The notes: a model not told the origin generated them from the sequence alone. A DNA stretch of 64,000 nt from Candidatus Kaelpia imicola (GCA_030765505.1 JAVCCL010000004.1:35933-99932), one strand, 5' to 3'. Positions 16,793 through 28,336 are shown, numbered from the stretch's first letter. Translations and numbers: made by a program.

Positions 16793-18832
16793 ATGCAGGA
16801 AGTCAAGGATATTAGAAACATCGCTATTTTAGGTCACTCTTCATCGGGTAAATCTACATTAGTTGAAGCTATGCTCTATAAAAATGGAGCCATAAGCAGG
16901 TTTGGGCGTATAGAAGATGGTAATACCAGTAGTGATTTTGCTTTTGATGAGATTAAAAAGGGAATATCTATAAATACCTCCGTCTTTAATATTGTCCAGG
17001 ATTCTAAGCTCATAAACATTCTTGATGCTCCTGGTTATGCTGATTTTGCAGGTGATGCATTAGCTGCTTTAAGTGCGGCTGATTCAGTCATACTTACAAT
17101 AGGGGCTCATTCAGGTGTTGAGGTTGGCACTGAGAGGAGCTTTAAAGCTGCTAGAGTAAGCAATAAGTCTGTTATTATTTTTGTCAACAAATGTGATAAA
17201 GAGGATACAGATTTAGATGTTCTTATAAATGAGATAAAAGAGAGGTTTGGTTCAAACTGTATACCATTCAATCTTCCTGATGCTACAGGATCTGGTTTGA
17301 CAGAAATACATAGTATATTTAATTCTGCCGATGCTCCAGAGCCTATTAAATCTAAGCTGGATGAAATCTATAAGGGTATCATTGACTTTGCTGCAGAATC
17401 AGATGATGCACTTCTTGAGAAATATCTTGAAGGAGGAGAGCTGACAGAAGAAGAGGTATCTCAGGGACTTAAAAAGGCTGTTAGAGCAGGAACTTTAATT
17501 CCAGTTTTCTTTGGTTCTGCTTCAAAAGATCAGATTGGAGTAGAGGTTTTAACTAAGGCTGTTGTCAATCTTCTTCCTTCACCTGATGAATTAGGTGCTT
17601 TAGTAGGCAAGAAGCCTGGCAGCGATGAGGAGATGGAGAGAAGAGCGGATATTGGTGAACCTTTCAGTGCCTTTGTATTTAAAACTATATACGATGCCTA
17701 CGTAGGTCAGCTTACTGTTTTTAGAATATTTTCTGGAAAACTTGACTCCGATTCTTCGTTTTTTAATTCTAGCGATGGGTCCAAAGAAAAGATAACTAAG
17801 ATTTTAAGAATCCAGGGTAAGGAGCAGAGTGCTGTTGCATCTGCAAACTGCGGAGAGATAGTTGCGGTTGCAAAACTTAAAAACACAAAGACTGGCGATA
17901 CTATCTGTGACGAGAAAGAGAAGATTATATTTGATTTAATAAATTATCCTGCTTCACCAATGTGTTCTTCAATAAAGCCTAAGTCTAGAGAAGACGAAGA
18001 GAAGATAATGGAAGCATTACATAAGCTTAGTTTTGAAGACCCAACCTTTAAAGTCTCTCGAGAAGAACAGACAAAAGAGCTCCTGATATCAGGGTTAGGT
18101 GACCTACATTTAGATGTTATGGTCGGTAGATTAAGCGAGAGATTTGGTGTTGATGTTGAGTTAAGTGCTCCTAAAGTGCCTTATCGTGAGACTATGACTA
18201 AGGTCTCAGAAGCACAAGGTAGATATAAGAGGCAGACGGGTGGTCGTGGTCAATATGGTGATGCTTGGCTTAGACTAGAGCCTTTAGAGAGAGATAAAGG
18301 GTTTGAGTTTGTCAATGCTATTGTAGGCGGCGTTATCCCTAAATCCTATATACCTGCAGTAGAGAAAGGTGTTAAAAAAGCTATGAAAGAGGGTGTCTTT
18401 ACAGGATGTCCTGTTGTAGACGTTAGAGCTACGCTTTATGATGGTTCTTATCATCCAGTAGACTCATCTGATATGGCGTTTCAGATTGCAGGGTCTATGG
18501 CTTTTAAAAGCGCTGCTAAGAATTCCGGGATGGTTTTGCTTGAACCTATAATGGATATTGAGATAGCTATACCTGATGAGTTTATGGGGCAGATTAGCGG
18601 TGATATCAGTTCAAAGAGAGGAAGGGTTGCAGGAGTTGAGGCTAAAGGTGGTATGGAGAATATAAAGGCGCAGATTCCTATGGCTGAGATGTTTAAGTTT
18701 GGCTCCGAATTACGTTCTATTACTGGTGGGCAAGGTTATTATACTATGGAGTTTTCTCATTATGAGATCGTACCTCAGAGAGAGGCTGAAAAAATAGTTC
18801 AGAAGTCTAAAGTTGGTGAGAGAGAAGAATAA
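16793..18832 (+). CDS. fusA: Elongation factor G paralogue (EF-G2 type)
   Basis: GHSSSGKST, DAPG, NKCD, GGRGQYG, VDSSDMAF; divergent switch I (KGISI); not in a str operon. Confidence 0.9.
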   Translation: MQEVKDIRNIAILGHSSSGKSTLVEAMLYKNGAISRFGRIEDGNTSSDFAFDEIKKGISINTSVFNIVQDSKLINILDAPGYADFAGDALAALSAADSVILTIGAHSGVEVGTERSFKAARVSNKSVIIFVNKCDKEDTDLDVLINEIKERFGSNCIPFNLPDATGSGLTEIHSIFNSADAPEPIKSKLDEIYKGIIDFAAESDDALLEKYLEGGELTEEEVSQGLKKAVRAGTLIPVFFGSASKDQIGVEVLTKAVVNLLPSPDELGALVGKKPGSDEEMERRADIGEPFSAFVFKTIYDAYVGQLTVFRIFSGKLDSDSSFFNSSDGSKEKITKILRIQGKEQSAVASANCGEIVAVAKLKNTKTGDTICDEKEKIIFDLINYPASPMCSSIKPKSREDEEKIMEALHKLSFEDPTFKVSREEQTKELLISGLGDLHLDVMVGRLSERFGVDVELSAPKVPYRETMTKVSEAQGRYKRQTGGRGQYGDAWLRLEPLERDKGFEFVNAIVGGVIPKSYIPAVEKGVKKAMKEGVFTGCPVVDVRATLYDGSYHPVDSSDMAFQIAGSMAFKSAAKNSGMVLLEPIMDIEIAIPDEFMGQISGDISSKRGRVAGVEAKGGMENIKAQIPMAEMFKFGSELRSITGGQGYYTMEFSHYEIVPQREAEKIVQKSKVGEREE

Positions 18833-18896
18833 GATATGTTGCTTCTTGATATTTCGGTTGATATAATTTACCTATATTTATGAAGGAGAGAGAGTA

Positions 18897-19661
18897 ATGT
18901 CCGGACATTCTAAATGGGCGAATATAAAGCATAAAAAAGGTGCTGCTGATGCTAAGAAGGGTAAAATCTTTAGCAAGATTGCAAAAGAGATTACTGTAGC
19001 AGCCAAAGACGGCGGCGGAGATCCAGGTGCTAATCCTCATCTGAGACAAGCAATGGATAAAGCTAAAGAAGCCAATATGCCCAATGATAATGTTGAGAGG
19101 GCGATTAAGAGAGGAACAGGGGAGTTGCCCGGGGTAAGTTATGAGCAGGTACAGTATGAAGGGTACGGATCTGCTGGGGTTGCTATTCTTGTTGAAGCGT
19201 TGACCGATAATAAGAATAGGACTACGTCTGACGTTAGGAATATATTTAGCAAGCGCGGCGGAAATATGGCCGGAGCCGGTTCTGTAGCCTGGATTTTTGC
19301 GAGGAAAGGTTTAATAATAATTTCTAAAGATGCTATGGGCGAAGATGCTCTTTTAAGTATGGTTATAGATACCGGAGCAGAGGACATGAAGACGGAGGAT
19401 GGTAATTATGAGATTACTACTTCTGTAGATAAATTTGAAGATATTAAAAATAAGCTTAAGGATAATAATATTGATTATATCTCTGCTGGAATTACGATGA
19501 TTCCTTCCAATACTATTAGGTTGACTGGTCAAGATGCAAAGCAGGTATTATTGCTAATGGAGGAGCTAGAGTCCCATGATGATGTTCAGGATGTTCACGC
19601 TAATTTTGATATACCGGATAAGATCATAGAAGAGGTCGTTGGTGAAGATACTGGGAGTTGA
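18897..19661 (+). CDS. yebC: YebC/PmpR family protein
   Basis: MSGHSKWANIKHKK, YEGYG. Confidence 0.97.
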   Translation: MSGHSKWANIKHKKGAADAKKGKIFSKIAKEITVAAKDGGGDPGANPHLRQAMDKAKEANMPNDNVERAIKRGTGELPGVSYEQVQYEGYGSAGVAILVEALTDNKNRTTSDVRNIFSKRGGNMAGAGSVAWIFARKGLIIISKDAMGEDALLSMVIDTGAEDMKTEDGNYEITTSVDKFEDIKNKLKDNNIDYISAGITMIPSNTIRLTGQDAKQVLLLMEELESHDDVQDVHANFDIPDKIIEEVVGEDTGS

Positions 19662-20154
19662 CCCTGGGTTGGATAGTAGTGGATATGCTTTGATTGAATC
19701 CAGCAAAGGTTGTGATTTATCCAATCTTAAAGATGGCGTCAATATTTTAAATTTCAGCACTATAGCTCCTGATTCTAAGAAACCTCTCGAAGAGCGGCTT
19801 AAATATATACATTCAAAATTCAAGAAGCTTCTATCCGAGCTAGAGCCCGACGTCGTTGTTGTTGAAGATATATATTCCAACTCTTCTTATCCCCAGGCAG
19901 GTTTAAAGATGGCCAGTGTAAAGGGAGTTGTGGAGCTTGCGGTATCTCAGAAAAATATAAAGATAGTCAACATAGCAGCAACAAAAGTGAAGAAAACTAT
20001 TATAGGGCGCGGCAATGCTAAAAAAGAGCAGGTTGCAAAAATGATGGAAGAGGGCTTTAATTTGAAAGGGGCAGGCAACTTGCACGAGTCTGATGCTTTA
20101 GCTGTAGCTTTGGCTTATCTCCTGATAACGACAAGAAAGGTTCAAGTTTTATGA
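19639..20154 (+). CDS. ruvC: Holliday junction resolvase RuvC
   Basis: ILGVDPG, GRGNAKKEQV, DALAVA. Confidence 0.95.
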   Translation: MVKILGVDPGLDSSGYALIESSKGCDLSNLKDGVNILNFSTIAPDSKKPLEERLKYIHSKFKKLLSELEPDVVVVEDIYSNSSYPQAGLKMASVKGVVELAVSQKNIKIVNIAATKVKKTIIGRGNAKKEQVAKMMEEGFNLKGAGNLHESDALAVALAYLLITTRKVQVL

Positions 20155-20765
20155 TCTCGAGACTTCAAGGAGCTATAAGAGATATTAGAGAGAGCAGTAT
20201 CATTGTATCAAGCGGTGCTTTTGGTTATGAGATTTTGATTCCGGATTCTGTTCTGCAGGGTTTAGAGAGAGACCAGGAGATAGATCTTGTCATATATAGT
20301 TATTACCAGAGTGAAGGCAATAAGATGGTTCCTGTTTTAATAGGCTTCAGGAATTATGTAGAGAGAGAGTTTTTTGAAAATCTTATCAAGATATCGGGTA
20401 TCGGTGCTAAGGTTGCAATTAGAGCGCTTAAATATCCTGTCTCTCAGCTTGCTATTGCAATTGATAGAGGAGATGAGAAATTCTTAAGTTCTCTTCCTGG
20501 AATAGGGCAGCAGAAAGCAAGGCTGATTATAGCAAGATTACAGGGTAAGGTAGGTAAGTATGCCTTGGTTCAAGAAGGTGCTAAAAAGTTATTAAAAGTA
20601 GATTCGGGTATTAGAGACGAGGCTCTCGATGTATTGCTCCAGCTGCAGTATAAGAAGAGTGAAGCTGAAGAGATGATAGATAAAGCATTTCTTAGAAATT
20701 TAGAGCCCAAGAATGTAGAAGAGCTGCTCAATGAGATATATAGAGTGAGGATAACGAATAGATGA
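20151..20765 (+). CDS. ruvA: Holliday junction branch migration protein RuvA
   Basis: ISGIGAK and LPGIG HhH motifs; operon context. Confidence 0.95.
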   Translation: MISRLQGAIRDIRESSIIVSSGAFGYEILIPDSVLQGLERDQEIDLVIYSYYQSEGNKMVPVLIGFRNYVEREFFENLIKISGIGAKVAIRALKYPVSQLAIAIDRGDEKFLSSLPGIGQQKARLIIARLQGKVGKYALVQEGAKKLLKVDSGIRDEALDVLLQLQYKKSEAEEMIDKAFLRNLEPKNVEELLNEIYRVRITNR

Positions 20766-21769
20766 AAGAGGAGAATATAAATAAAAATATTCAGGATGAG
20801 GAACAGATACTGAATATATCCTTAAGGCCTAAGAGATTAGGTGAGTTCGTAGGTCAGAGGCGAGTTACAGATGGTTTAAGTATAGGTGTTAAGGCTGCCT
20901 TAAAGAGGGAAGAACCGATAGACCATATTCTTTTCTCAGGTCCTCAAGGGTTAGGTAAGACTACCCTTGCTCATGTTATGGCCCACGAGATGGATTCAAA
21001 TATTATTACTACTTCTGGTCCCAGTATTGATAGAGCCGGAGATCTGGTCGGTATACTTACCAATCTTAATGAAGGTGATATATTCTTCATAGATGAGATT
21101 CACAGATTATCTAAAACCGTTGAGGAGTTTCTCTATTCAGCAATGGAGAATTTTAAGATCGATTTCATTATAGATAAAGGGCCGTATGCAAGGACGATAA
21201 AGTTTCATCTTAAACATTTTACTCTTGTCGGGGCGACTACGCGTTCAGGATTATTATCTGCTCCTTTAAGGGCTAGATTCGGTATATACTACCATCTTGA
21301 CTTTTATCAGCCTGATGAACTCTCTTACATTATAAAGCGTTCTGCGAGCCTGCTGGATATTCCAATTGAAGAAAAAGCGGCTTTAATGATAGCGAAGTGC
21401 TCTCGCGGTACACCGCGTATAGCCAACAGGATTTTACGTAGAGTACGCGATTATACCCAGGTTAAATCTGATGGTAGTATTACCCCCTCAATCGTATCTA
21501 TTGCGCTGGAGAAAGAAGGGATTGACGATCTAGGTTTAAGCCATGTTGATAGAAGGGTACTTTCAACAATAATAGAGCAGTATAAAGGCGGTCCTGTAGG
21601 AATAGATGCACTGGTTGCAGCCCTCAATGAAGAGCCGGATACGATAATAGATGTTGTTGAGCCTTACCTCTTGAAGGCCGGATTTTTAAAGAGAACCCGT
21701 AAGGGGAGAGAGGTAACTAAACTTGCTTATAAACATTTAAAGTCTAATAAAGGTAAAGCATTTTTTTAG
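20762..21769 (+). CDS. ruvB: Holliday junction helicase RuvB
   Basis: GPQGLGKTT, DEIHR, GATTR, RGTPRIA. Confidence 0.98.
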   Translation: MKEENINKNIQDEEQILNISLRPKRLGEFVGQRRVTDGLSIGVKAALKREEPIDHILFSGPQGLGKTTLAHVMAHEMDSNIITTSGPSIDRAGDLVGILTNLNEGDIFFIDEIHRLSKTVEEFLYSAMENFKIDFIIDKGPYARTIKFHLKHFTLVGATTRSGLLSAPLRARFGIYYHLDFYQPDELSYIIKRSASLLDIPIEEKAALMIAKCSRGTPRIANRILRRVRDYTQVKSDGSITPSIVSIALEKEGIDDLGLSHVDRRVLSTIIEQYKGGPVGIDALVAALNEEPDTIIDVVEPYLLKAGFLKRTRKGREVTKLAYKHLKSNKGKAFF

Positions 21770-21778
21770 TCTATCTCT

Positions 21779-22339
21779 ATGAGTAGCATCTTAATTCATA
21801 TCTGCTGTGCGCCATGCGCAATTGAAGTAGTCAATGAATCCAGGAGAATGGGTTTTGATAATATTCTTGGCTATTATGCCAATCCCAATATCCATCCTTA
21901 TTCAGAGTTTAAGAAAAGAGAAAAGACTCTTTTTGAATATTGTAAGTTATCTGGTTTAAGCTGTGAGTATTTAGATTGTAATCCTTATTCTTTCTTCAAA
22001 GCTCTGGCTGCTGAATATCAAAGCCCTAAGAGGTGCTGGAGATGTTGGGAGCTTAGGCTCAAATTAACGGCTAAGTTTGCAAAAGATAGAAAGATCGATA
22101 GTTTTACTACTACATTATTGATAAGTCCTTATCAGTCTCAAGAGAAGATAATTGAGATAGGCGAAGAAGCGGGCCGGGAATACGGACTTAATTTTATATC
22201 TTTGAATTTCAGAAAATTTTATTCAGAAGGTAGGCGTAGGGCGAAAGAACTTGATCTCTACAGACAAAACTACTGCGGGTGTATCTTCAGTGAGTTCGAT
22301 AGAGAAGAGAGGATTAAATCTAAGAAGCAGAATACCTGA
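21779..22339 (+). CDS. queH: Epoxyqueuosine reductase QueH (DUF208)
   Basis: HICCAPC, NPNIHP, YRQNYCGC. Confidence 0.93.
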   Translation: MSSILIHICCAPCAIEVVNESRRMGFDNILGYYANPNIHPYSEFKKREKTLFEYCKLSGLSCEYLDCNPYSFFKALAAEYQSPKRCWRCWELRLKLTAKFAKDRKIDSFTTTLLISPYQSQEKIIEIGEEAGREYGLNFISLNFRKFYSEGRRRAKELDLYRQNYCGCIFSEFDREERIKSKKQNT

Positions 22340-22408
22340 GCTGTACTATCTGTTCTTGATATTTCTGTTTAGAATATTTATCATGTCATTGTTTCAAGGA
22401 GATGTATT

Positions 22409-22615
22409 TTGGCTAAAATTTTAATTATTACAGGTCTATTAATGGTTGTTGTGGGAGGCTTTATTTTGGTCTTTGGAAAAATTCCATATTTCGGTAAGCT
22501 GCCTGGTGATATTGTAATTAAAAGAGGCAGTCTGACATTCTATCTTCCTTTTACAACATTGATAATACTAAGTATTGCTTTATCTATTATTATGAGATTT
22601 TTAATCAGAAAATGA
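22409..22615 (+). CDS. DUF2905 membrane protein
   Basis: GKLPGDI...FYLPFTT. Confidence 0.88.
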   Translation: MAKILIITGLLMVVVGGFILVFGKIPYFGKLPGDIVIKRGSLTFYLPFTTLIILSIALSIIMRFLIRK

Positions 22616-23748
22616 AAAAGATATTACCTTTCCTTATCTTTGGATTATTCTTATTTTCCAAAAATGGTTTTTCTTTAGACGACTCTTTGAGAGTAGTTAT
22701 TAAAAAAAATATCAAGAGCTGCCATCTTCTGGTTAAGGGAGATTACAGAGTACAGCTCCCTTTTACAGGGGAAGAGTTGGATAGAGGCAGGAATCTAAGG
22801 GTAGATATATCCGTAGATAATGGTAAAGGTATAAAGATTGGAGGAAGTTATTATAATGTTTTTGCAGTTGAAGTTTTACCGCAAAGAGATGGAGCTATCT
22901 ACCTAGACTCCAGGCCCTATCGCGGAAAAGCGAGGTTTATAAGGGAAGATAATAGCCTGACTGTTATCAACATTGTATCGCTTGAAGACTATTTAAAGGG
23001 AGTTTTAGAGTATGAAGTTGCACATTGGTGGCCGATGGAAGCGCTCAGAGCTCAAGCTGTAGCTGCCCGCAGCTATGCATTATATATGAAAGAGATGAAT
23101 AGGAATAAGAATTATGATTTAACATCCGATGTTCTATCTCAAGTTTACGGGGGCAAACTTGGTGAGCGTTGGCGTATAAAGAGAGCTGTCTTATCTACTA
23201 AAGGGTTAATATTGATCTATAACGGCAAGATTCTTCCTGCTTTTTACCATTCAACATGCGGCGGACATACGGATAATGTAAAACACCTCTGGAAGATGGA
23301 GACTCCTCCTCTTAGCGGGGTGAGCTGCGATTTCTGCCGTTACTCCAAGCATTACCGCTGGAATAAGAAGATAAAGGTCAAAGATTTCAAAGCTGCTCTT
23401 AGTAAGGCTGAATATAGTTTGAATAATATAGAGAGAGTTCTTGTTAAAGAGCGTTACGGGAGCGGTTACGTAAAGGAGATAGAGATCTTTGCAGATGGTA
23501 AGGAGTATCTTATCTTAGCTAAAGAGTTTAGGAGTATTCTAGGAGCAAATATTATAAGAAGCAGGAGATTTATACTTGAGAAGATAGACGGTGTTATAGA
23601 TATTAAGGGTTACGGCTGGGGCCATGGTATTGGACTATGTCAGTGGGGTGCCTATGGTATGGCTAGAAAAGGATATGACTTTCGTGAGATCTTAGAGCAT
23701 TACTATCCTGGTTCTGAAATAAAAAAGATTGTTTGGGATGAGAACTAG
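22612..23748 (+). CDS. SpoIID/LytB domain protein
   Basis: EALRAQAVAARSY, GWGHGIGLCQWGA. Confidence 0.93.
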   Translation: MKKILPFLIFGLFLFSKNGFSLDDSLRVVIKKNIKSCHLLVKGDYRVQLPFTGEELDRGRNLRVDISVDNGKGIKIGGSYYNVFAVEVLPQRDGAIYLDSRPYRGKARFIREDNSLTVINIVSLEDYLKGVLEYEVAHWWPMEALRAQAVAARSYALYMKEMNRNKNYDLTSDVLSQVYGGKLGERWRIKRAVLSTKGLILIYNGKILPAFYHSTCGGHTDNVKHLWKMETPPLSGVSCDFCRYSKHYRWNKKIKVKDFKAALSKAEYSLNNIERVLVKERYGSGYVKEIEIFADGKEYLILAKEFRSILGANIIRSRRFILEKIDGVIDIKGYGWGHGIGLCQWGAYGMARKGYDFREILEHYYPGSEIKKIVWDEN

Positions 23749-24778
23749 AATAGATTTAGAAGATTACAATTACAACTTAGATAGAGAGTTGATTGCATAT
23801 TACCCAACTCAAAAAAGAGAAGAGTCTCGCCTTATGGTTTTAGATCGCAAGAGGGAAGGTATCGAAATTAAAATCTTTAAAGATATGCTAATCTATTTTA
23901 AGAAAGGAGATGTTTTAGTCAGAAATGTTTCGAAGGTGATTCCGGCTCGCCTGTTTGCAAATAGAGATATGGGAGGAAGAATAGAGATTCTTTTTCTCGG
24001 CCAGCCGATTAAAGGTGAAAATATTGTTTTAATGAAGTTAAGAGGTAGATTGAGGATGAATGAAGAGATATATCTTCCCGGAGATAAGAGAGCAATCTAT
24101 ATAGGCAGGCAAGACGGTTTTAATGTGATAAGACTTCTGTTTGATCCTGGATTTGACTATCTTCTGGAGTATGGGAATATGCCTCTTCCTCCTTACATAA
24201 AGAGAGAAGCCGAAGCATTGGATAGGGAGCGTTATCAGACAGTATATGCTAAGAATCCAGGTTCGGTTGCTGCTCCTACTGCAGGCCTCCATTTTAGCTT
24301 GGAATTGATCTCTAAGATAGAGTCTATCGGTGTAGATATTGTGGATCTCCTGCTGCATGTTAGCTATGCGACCTTCAAGCCTTTAGATAAGGTAGGTCTT
24401 GGCAGAGATAGGCTTCATGAAGAGCATTACGAAATGTCAGAGAAGAGCGCTTCTAAAATCAATAAAGCCAAAAAGGATGGCCGAAGGATTATAGCTGTTG
24501 GCACTACAACGGTTAGAGTTTTAGAATCGCAGGCATACTGTGAGGATGGAGATTTAGGGGTTAAACCTGGTGAAGGTATGACAGACATATTTATTAAACC
24601 GGGATATAAGTTCAAAATCATAGATGCTTTAATAACTAATTTTCACTTGCCTAGAACAAGTCTCCTGCTCTTAGTCTCAGCTTTTGCCGGGCGGGATCTT
24701 CTTTTCTCCGGATATAAGAAGGCGGTAGAAAGGAGGTTCCGGTTCTATTCTTATGGGGATGCCATGTTTATTGTCTAA
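23738..24778 (+). CDS. queA: SAM:tRNA ribosyltransferase-isomerase
   Basis: PLPPYI, AAPTAGLHF, TNFHLP, FYSYGD. Confidence 0.97.
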   Translation: MRTRIDLEDYNYNLDRELIAYYPTQKREESRLMVLDRKREGIEIKIFKDMLIYFKKGDVLVRNVSKVIPARLFANRDMGGRIEILFLGQPIKGENIVLMKLRGRLRMNEEIYLPGDKRAIYIGRQDGFNVIRLLFDPGFDYLLEYGNMPLPPYIKREAEALDRERYQTVYAKNPGSVAAPTAGLHFSLELISKIESIGVDIVDLLLHVSYATFKPLDKVGLGRDRLHEEHYEMSEKSASKINKAKKDGRRIIAVGTTTVRVLESQAYCEDGDLGVKPGEGMTDIFIKPGYKFKIIDALITNFHLPRTSLLLLVSAFAGRDLLFSGYKKAVERRFRFYSYGDAMFIV

Positions 24779-24902
24779 TCTGATTCTATGGTTTTAAGAG
24801 AGCGAATATCAGAGCATCTCGACTTTAAATTAAAAAAGTTGATTTTTTTCTTTTTTGCTGTACAATTTCATAAATTGCGAAGTTCTTTATATAATATAAG
24901 AT

Positions 24903-24974
24903 GCTGGCGTAGCTCAGTGGTAGAGCTGGGGTTTTGTAAACCTCAGGTCGGGGGTTCGAATCCCTCCGCCAGCT
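24903..24974 (+). tRNA. tRNA-Thr(TGT)
   Basis: GCTGGCG/CGCCAGC acceptor stem, loop TTTGTAA, GGTTCGAATCC. Confidence 0.95.
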
Positions 24975-24998
24975 TTTTGAAGAGATATTAAAATTTAT

Positions 24999-25080
24999 GG
25001 GCAGGTACCCAAGTGGACAACGGGGGCAGACTGTAAATCTGCTGCCAACGGCTTCGGAGGTTCAAATCCTTCCCTGCCCA
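24999..25080 (+). tRNA. tRNA-Tyr(GTA)
   Basis: GGGCAGG/CCTGCCC acceptor stem, GCAGA-CTGTAAA-TCTGC, long variable arm. Confidence 0.95.
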
Positions 25081-25160
25081 TTCTTTTAATCTCTACTTAG
25101 AATTTTGTGTCCCTATCTATCCAATTGAAGTAATTAAAAAAGTCTGTTAATATTTTCTCT

Positions 25161-26276
25161 ATGAAAGAAGAGTATAAGTCAGCACTGGATCAGATACGCC
25201 AGAAGTATGACGAGATTCTCTCTAAGCTATCTCAAGTTGAGATTTCTTCCAATTATGAGATCTGTCAGGAGTATGCTAAAGAGAGAGCTCGTTATGATAA
25301 TGTTGTCGTTGCGGCTGAATTATTAGAGGATAGAGAGTTGGAATTGAAAGGGATAACGGAGATGTTAAATCAGAATGGTGTAGCTCAGGACATGAAAGAA
25401 TTGGCAGAGGAGGAGAGAGAAAGAATTAGTACTGAGATAGAGGGTATCAACGTGAAGTTAGAGAGATTAATACTGAACACTTTTATATCACCTGAAGTCT
25501 ATAAGAATATAATTTTCGAGATACGTGCAGGAACAGGAGGAAATGAAGCCGGACTTTTTGTTGCGGATCTATATAAGATGTATAGCCGGTTTGCTCAGAA
25601 ACAGGGCTGGAGATTAGAAGTTATGGATTCAAATCCTACTTCTCTGGGCGGTTTTAAAGAACTGATATTTTCTATTTCAGGTAGAGATGTTTATCAGTAT
25701 ATGAAGTATGAGAGCGGGGTCCATAGGGTTCAACGTGTACCTTTAACTGAGACAGGGGGGCGAATTCATACTTCGGCAGTCTCTGTTGTTGTTTTGCCTG
25801 AACCGGAAGAGGTTGAAGTTAAGATAGATACTAAGGATTTAAAGATAGATACTTATAGAGCATCTGGGGCAGGAGGACAACATGTTAACGTGACTGATTC
25901 TGCGGTTAGAATTACCCATCTTCCATCAGGTATTGTTGTTGCCTGCCAAGATGAGCGTTCACAGATAAAAAACAGACAGAAGGCGATGAGAATCTTAAAA
26001 GCGCGATTATTAGATTTTCAGATAAGAACTCAGGAGAGAGAACGCGATGAGAAGAGACGTGTATCTGTTGGGACAGGAGATAGAAGCGAGAAGATAAGGA
26101 CCTATAATTTTCCCGACAATAGAGTTACGGACCATAGAATAAACCTGACCCTGTATAAACTTGAAGGGATATTAAACGGAGATCTTGATGAGATTGTCGA
26201 ATCTCTGATGATAGAAGAGAGAAAGAAGATGCTTAAAAAATTAAAGTTTAAGGGAAGCATAGATGAGAGCGGTTGA
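25161..26276 (+). CDS. prfA: Peptide chain release factor 1
   Basis: GGQ; PLT (PxT) specificity motif. Confidence 0.97.
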   Translation: MKEEYKSALDQIRQKYDEILSKLSQVEISSNYEICQEYAKERARYDNVVVAAELLEDRELELKGITEMLNQNGVAQDMKELAEEERERISTEIEGINVKLERLILNTFISPEVYKNIIFEIRAGTGGNEAGLFVADLYKMYSRFAQKQGWRLEVMDSNPTSLGGFKELIFSISGRDVYQYMKYESGVHRVQRVPLTETGGRIHTSAVSVVVLPEPEEVEVKIDTKDLKIDTYRASGAGGQHVNVTDSAVRITHLPSGIVVACQDERSQIKNRQKAMRILKARLLDFQIRTQERERDEKRRVSVGTGDRSEKIRTYNFPDNRVTDHRINLTLYKLEGILNGDLDEIVESLMIEERKKMLKKLKFKGSIDESG

Positions 26277-27072
26277 TATTGTAAGCAGGTATAGCAGTGA
26301 GATTTCAAAGAGAGAAGCAGAGGAGATAATGCTTTCCGTTTTAAACTTTAAATGCCGAAGCGAGCTCTATATGGCTGAAATTAAAGATCTCCCTCTATAT
26401 GAGATGGATTATTTTCTAAGCCAGAGAAAGAGAGGCATACCTTTACAGTATTTAACATCGAATGTTAATTTTTACGGCTTTGATTTCAACGTAGAAGAGG
26501 GTCTCTTTATCCCGCGTCCGGAAACAGAAGTCGTTGTTGATTATATAGCTAAAGAGTATTCTGGACATAAAAATCTGAAGATACTGGAGATAGGTACAGG
26601 GACCGGTGTAATAGCTATATGTTTGACAAAGTTATTTGACGATTGTAGAATTGTTGCCACCGATATCAGCTCTAATGCTATTCGTGTTGCATCAGAGAAT
26701 GCAGTTTTAAATAGTTCTGCATTGAATATTTTGTTTGTAAAGGGCGATTCGATTGGATTTATTAAAAGGGAGAGATTTTTTGACCTTCTGGTTTCAAATC
26801 CTCCTTATATAGCATTTTCTCAAGAGAGTGTTTTACCTCCTGAGGTAAAGAGGGAACCCAGAGAGGCTCTCTTTGGAGGAGAGAATGGTTATGAGTTTAC
26901 TCTTCAGCTGATAGCCGAAGCCTCTGCTGTTATAAAAAAAGGCGGTAGAATGATTATAGAGATAGACCCTGAGCATAAATTTATATATGAGAGTAGACTA
27001 ATTAGGGTTAAAAAGTTGGATTTTATAGAGGATCTGGAACATAAAGAGAGAGTAATGGTTATAAGTTTTTAA
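26263..27072 (+). CDS. prmC: Release factor glutamine methyltransferase
   Basis: IPRPETE, GTGTG, NPPY. Confidence 0.96.
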   Translation: MRAVDIVSRYSSEISKREAEEIMLSVLNFKCRSELYMAEIKDLPLYEMDYFLSQRKRGIPLQYLTSNVNFYGFDFNVEEGLFIPRPETEVVVDYIAKEYSGHKNLKILEIGTGTGVIAICLTKLFDDCRIVATDISSNAIRVASENAVLNSSALNILFVKGDSIGFIKRERFFDLLVSNPPYIAFSQESVLPPEVKREPREALFGGENGYEFTLQLIAEASAVIKKGGRMIIEIDPEHKFIYESRLIRVKKLDFIEDLEHKERVMVISF

Positions 27073-27073
27073 A

Positions 27074-28336
27074 ATGGACAAGATAAAGATAAGAGGTGTC
27101 AACAAGCTGGTTGGCAGCGTGGATATATCGGGAGCAAAGAACTCCCTGCTCCCGATTCTTGCTGCAACATTGCTTAGTGATGAAGAGTGCATTATAGATA
27201 ATATATCCAATCTAAAAGATGTTAAGACTATGGTCCAGATTTTAGGGTGTCTGGGAGTATTGGTTAGAGAGGAAGGTAAGAGATTCTATGTAGAGCCAAG
27301 AGAATTTTTAGGCAATGAGGCATCTTATGAATTGGTTAAAACCATGAGAGCATCAATATGCATCTTGGGTCCTCTTCTGGCTAGAAAGAGAGAGGCGCGT
27401 GTCTCTTTTCCCGGAGGCTGCATTATAGGGCGAAGACCGATAGATTTACACCTTAAAGGATTAAAATCTTTGGGGGCAAAGATAGAGTGCAAACATGGCT
27501 ATATTAATGCTGAAGCCAGTTCTCTTAAAGGCAGGCGTTTATATTTGGGCGGTCCTTTTGGTTCTTCTGTTCTTGCGACCGCAAACGTTATGATGGCTGC
27601 AACTCTAGCTGAAGGTGAGACTTATATAGAGGCTGCTGCCTCAGAGCCCGAGATTGCTGATCTGGCCGATTTTTTAAATAAGATGGGGGCTAAGATTGAA
27701 GGGGCTGGTTCTCCTATGGTAAAGATAGAGGGTGTTAAAAAGCTGCATGGAGCAAAGCATAGTGTTATACCTGACAGGATTGAAGCAGGTACCTATATGG
27801 TTGCAGCTGCTATAACAGGGGGTGATGTTTTTATAAAGAATGCCCGCGTAGAGCATCTCGGTGCTGTTATAGATACTCTTGATAGCATAGGTTGCATTGT
27901 TAACATAAAAGAGGATGGTATAGGGGTCAAATTTAATGGTAGCTTGAGTTCGTCTGAGATAACAACATTACCTTACCCAGGTTTTCCTACTGATATGCAG
28001 GCTCAGTTTATGTCGCTTCTTGCAGTCTCCGATGGAGTTAGTGTTATAACCGAGAAAGTTTTTCCTGAAAGATTTATTCATGTAGGGGAGTTAAATAGGA
28101 TGGGAGCGGATATAAGCTTAGAGGGTCCTACCGCTATAATTAAAGGAGTAAGCAGTTTAAGCGCTGCTGATGTAATGGCTTCAGATTTGAGGGCTTCAGC
28201 GGCATTAATCTTAGCTGGATTGGTTGCAGAGGGTGATACTGTAATATCTAGAGTCTATCATTTAGATAGAGGTTATGAGAGAATAGTGGAGAAACTTAGA
28301 AGTCTGGGTGCCCAGATAGAGAGGGTAAAAGAATAA
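27074..28336 (+). CDS. murA: UDP-N-acetylglucosamine 1-carboxyvinyltransferase
   Basis: GAKNS, PGGCIIG, PGFPTDMQ. Confidence 0.98.
   Translation: MDKIKIRGVNKLVGSVDISGAKNSLLPILAATLLSDEECIIDNISNLKDVKTMVQILGCLGVLVREEGKRFYVEPREFLGNEASYELVKTMRASICILGPLLARKREARVSFPGGCIIGRRPIDLHLKGLKSLGAKIECKHGYINAEASSLKGRRLYLGGPFGSSVLATANVMMAATLAEGETYIEAAASEPEIADLADFLNKMGAKIEGAGSPMVKIEGVKKLHGAKHSVIPDRIEAGTYMVAAAITGGDVFIKNARVEHLGAVIDTLDSIGCIVNIKEDGIGVKFNGSLSSSEITTLPYPGFPTDMQAQFMSLLAVSDGVSVITEKVFPERFIHVGELNRMGADISLEGPTAIIKGVSSLSAADVMASDLRASAALILAGLVAEGDTVISRVYHLDRGYERIVEKLRSLGAQIERVKE

Noticed and set aside
24788-24991. 67-aa ORF
   Set aside because: Overlaps tRNA-Thr; spurious.
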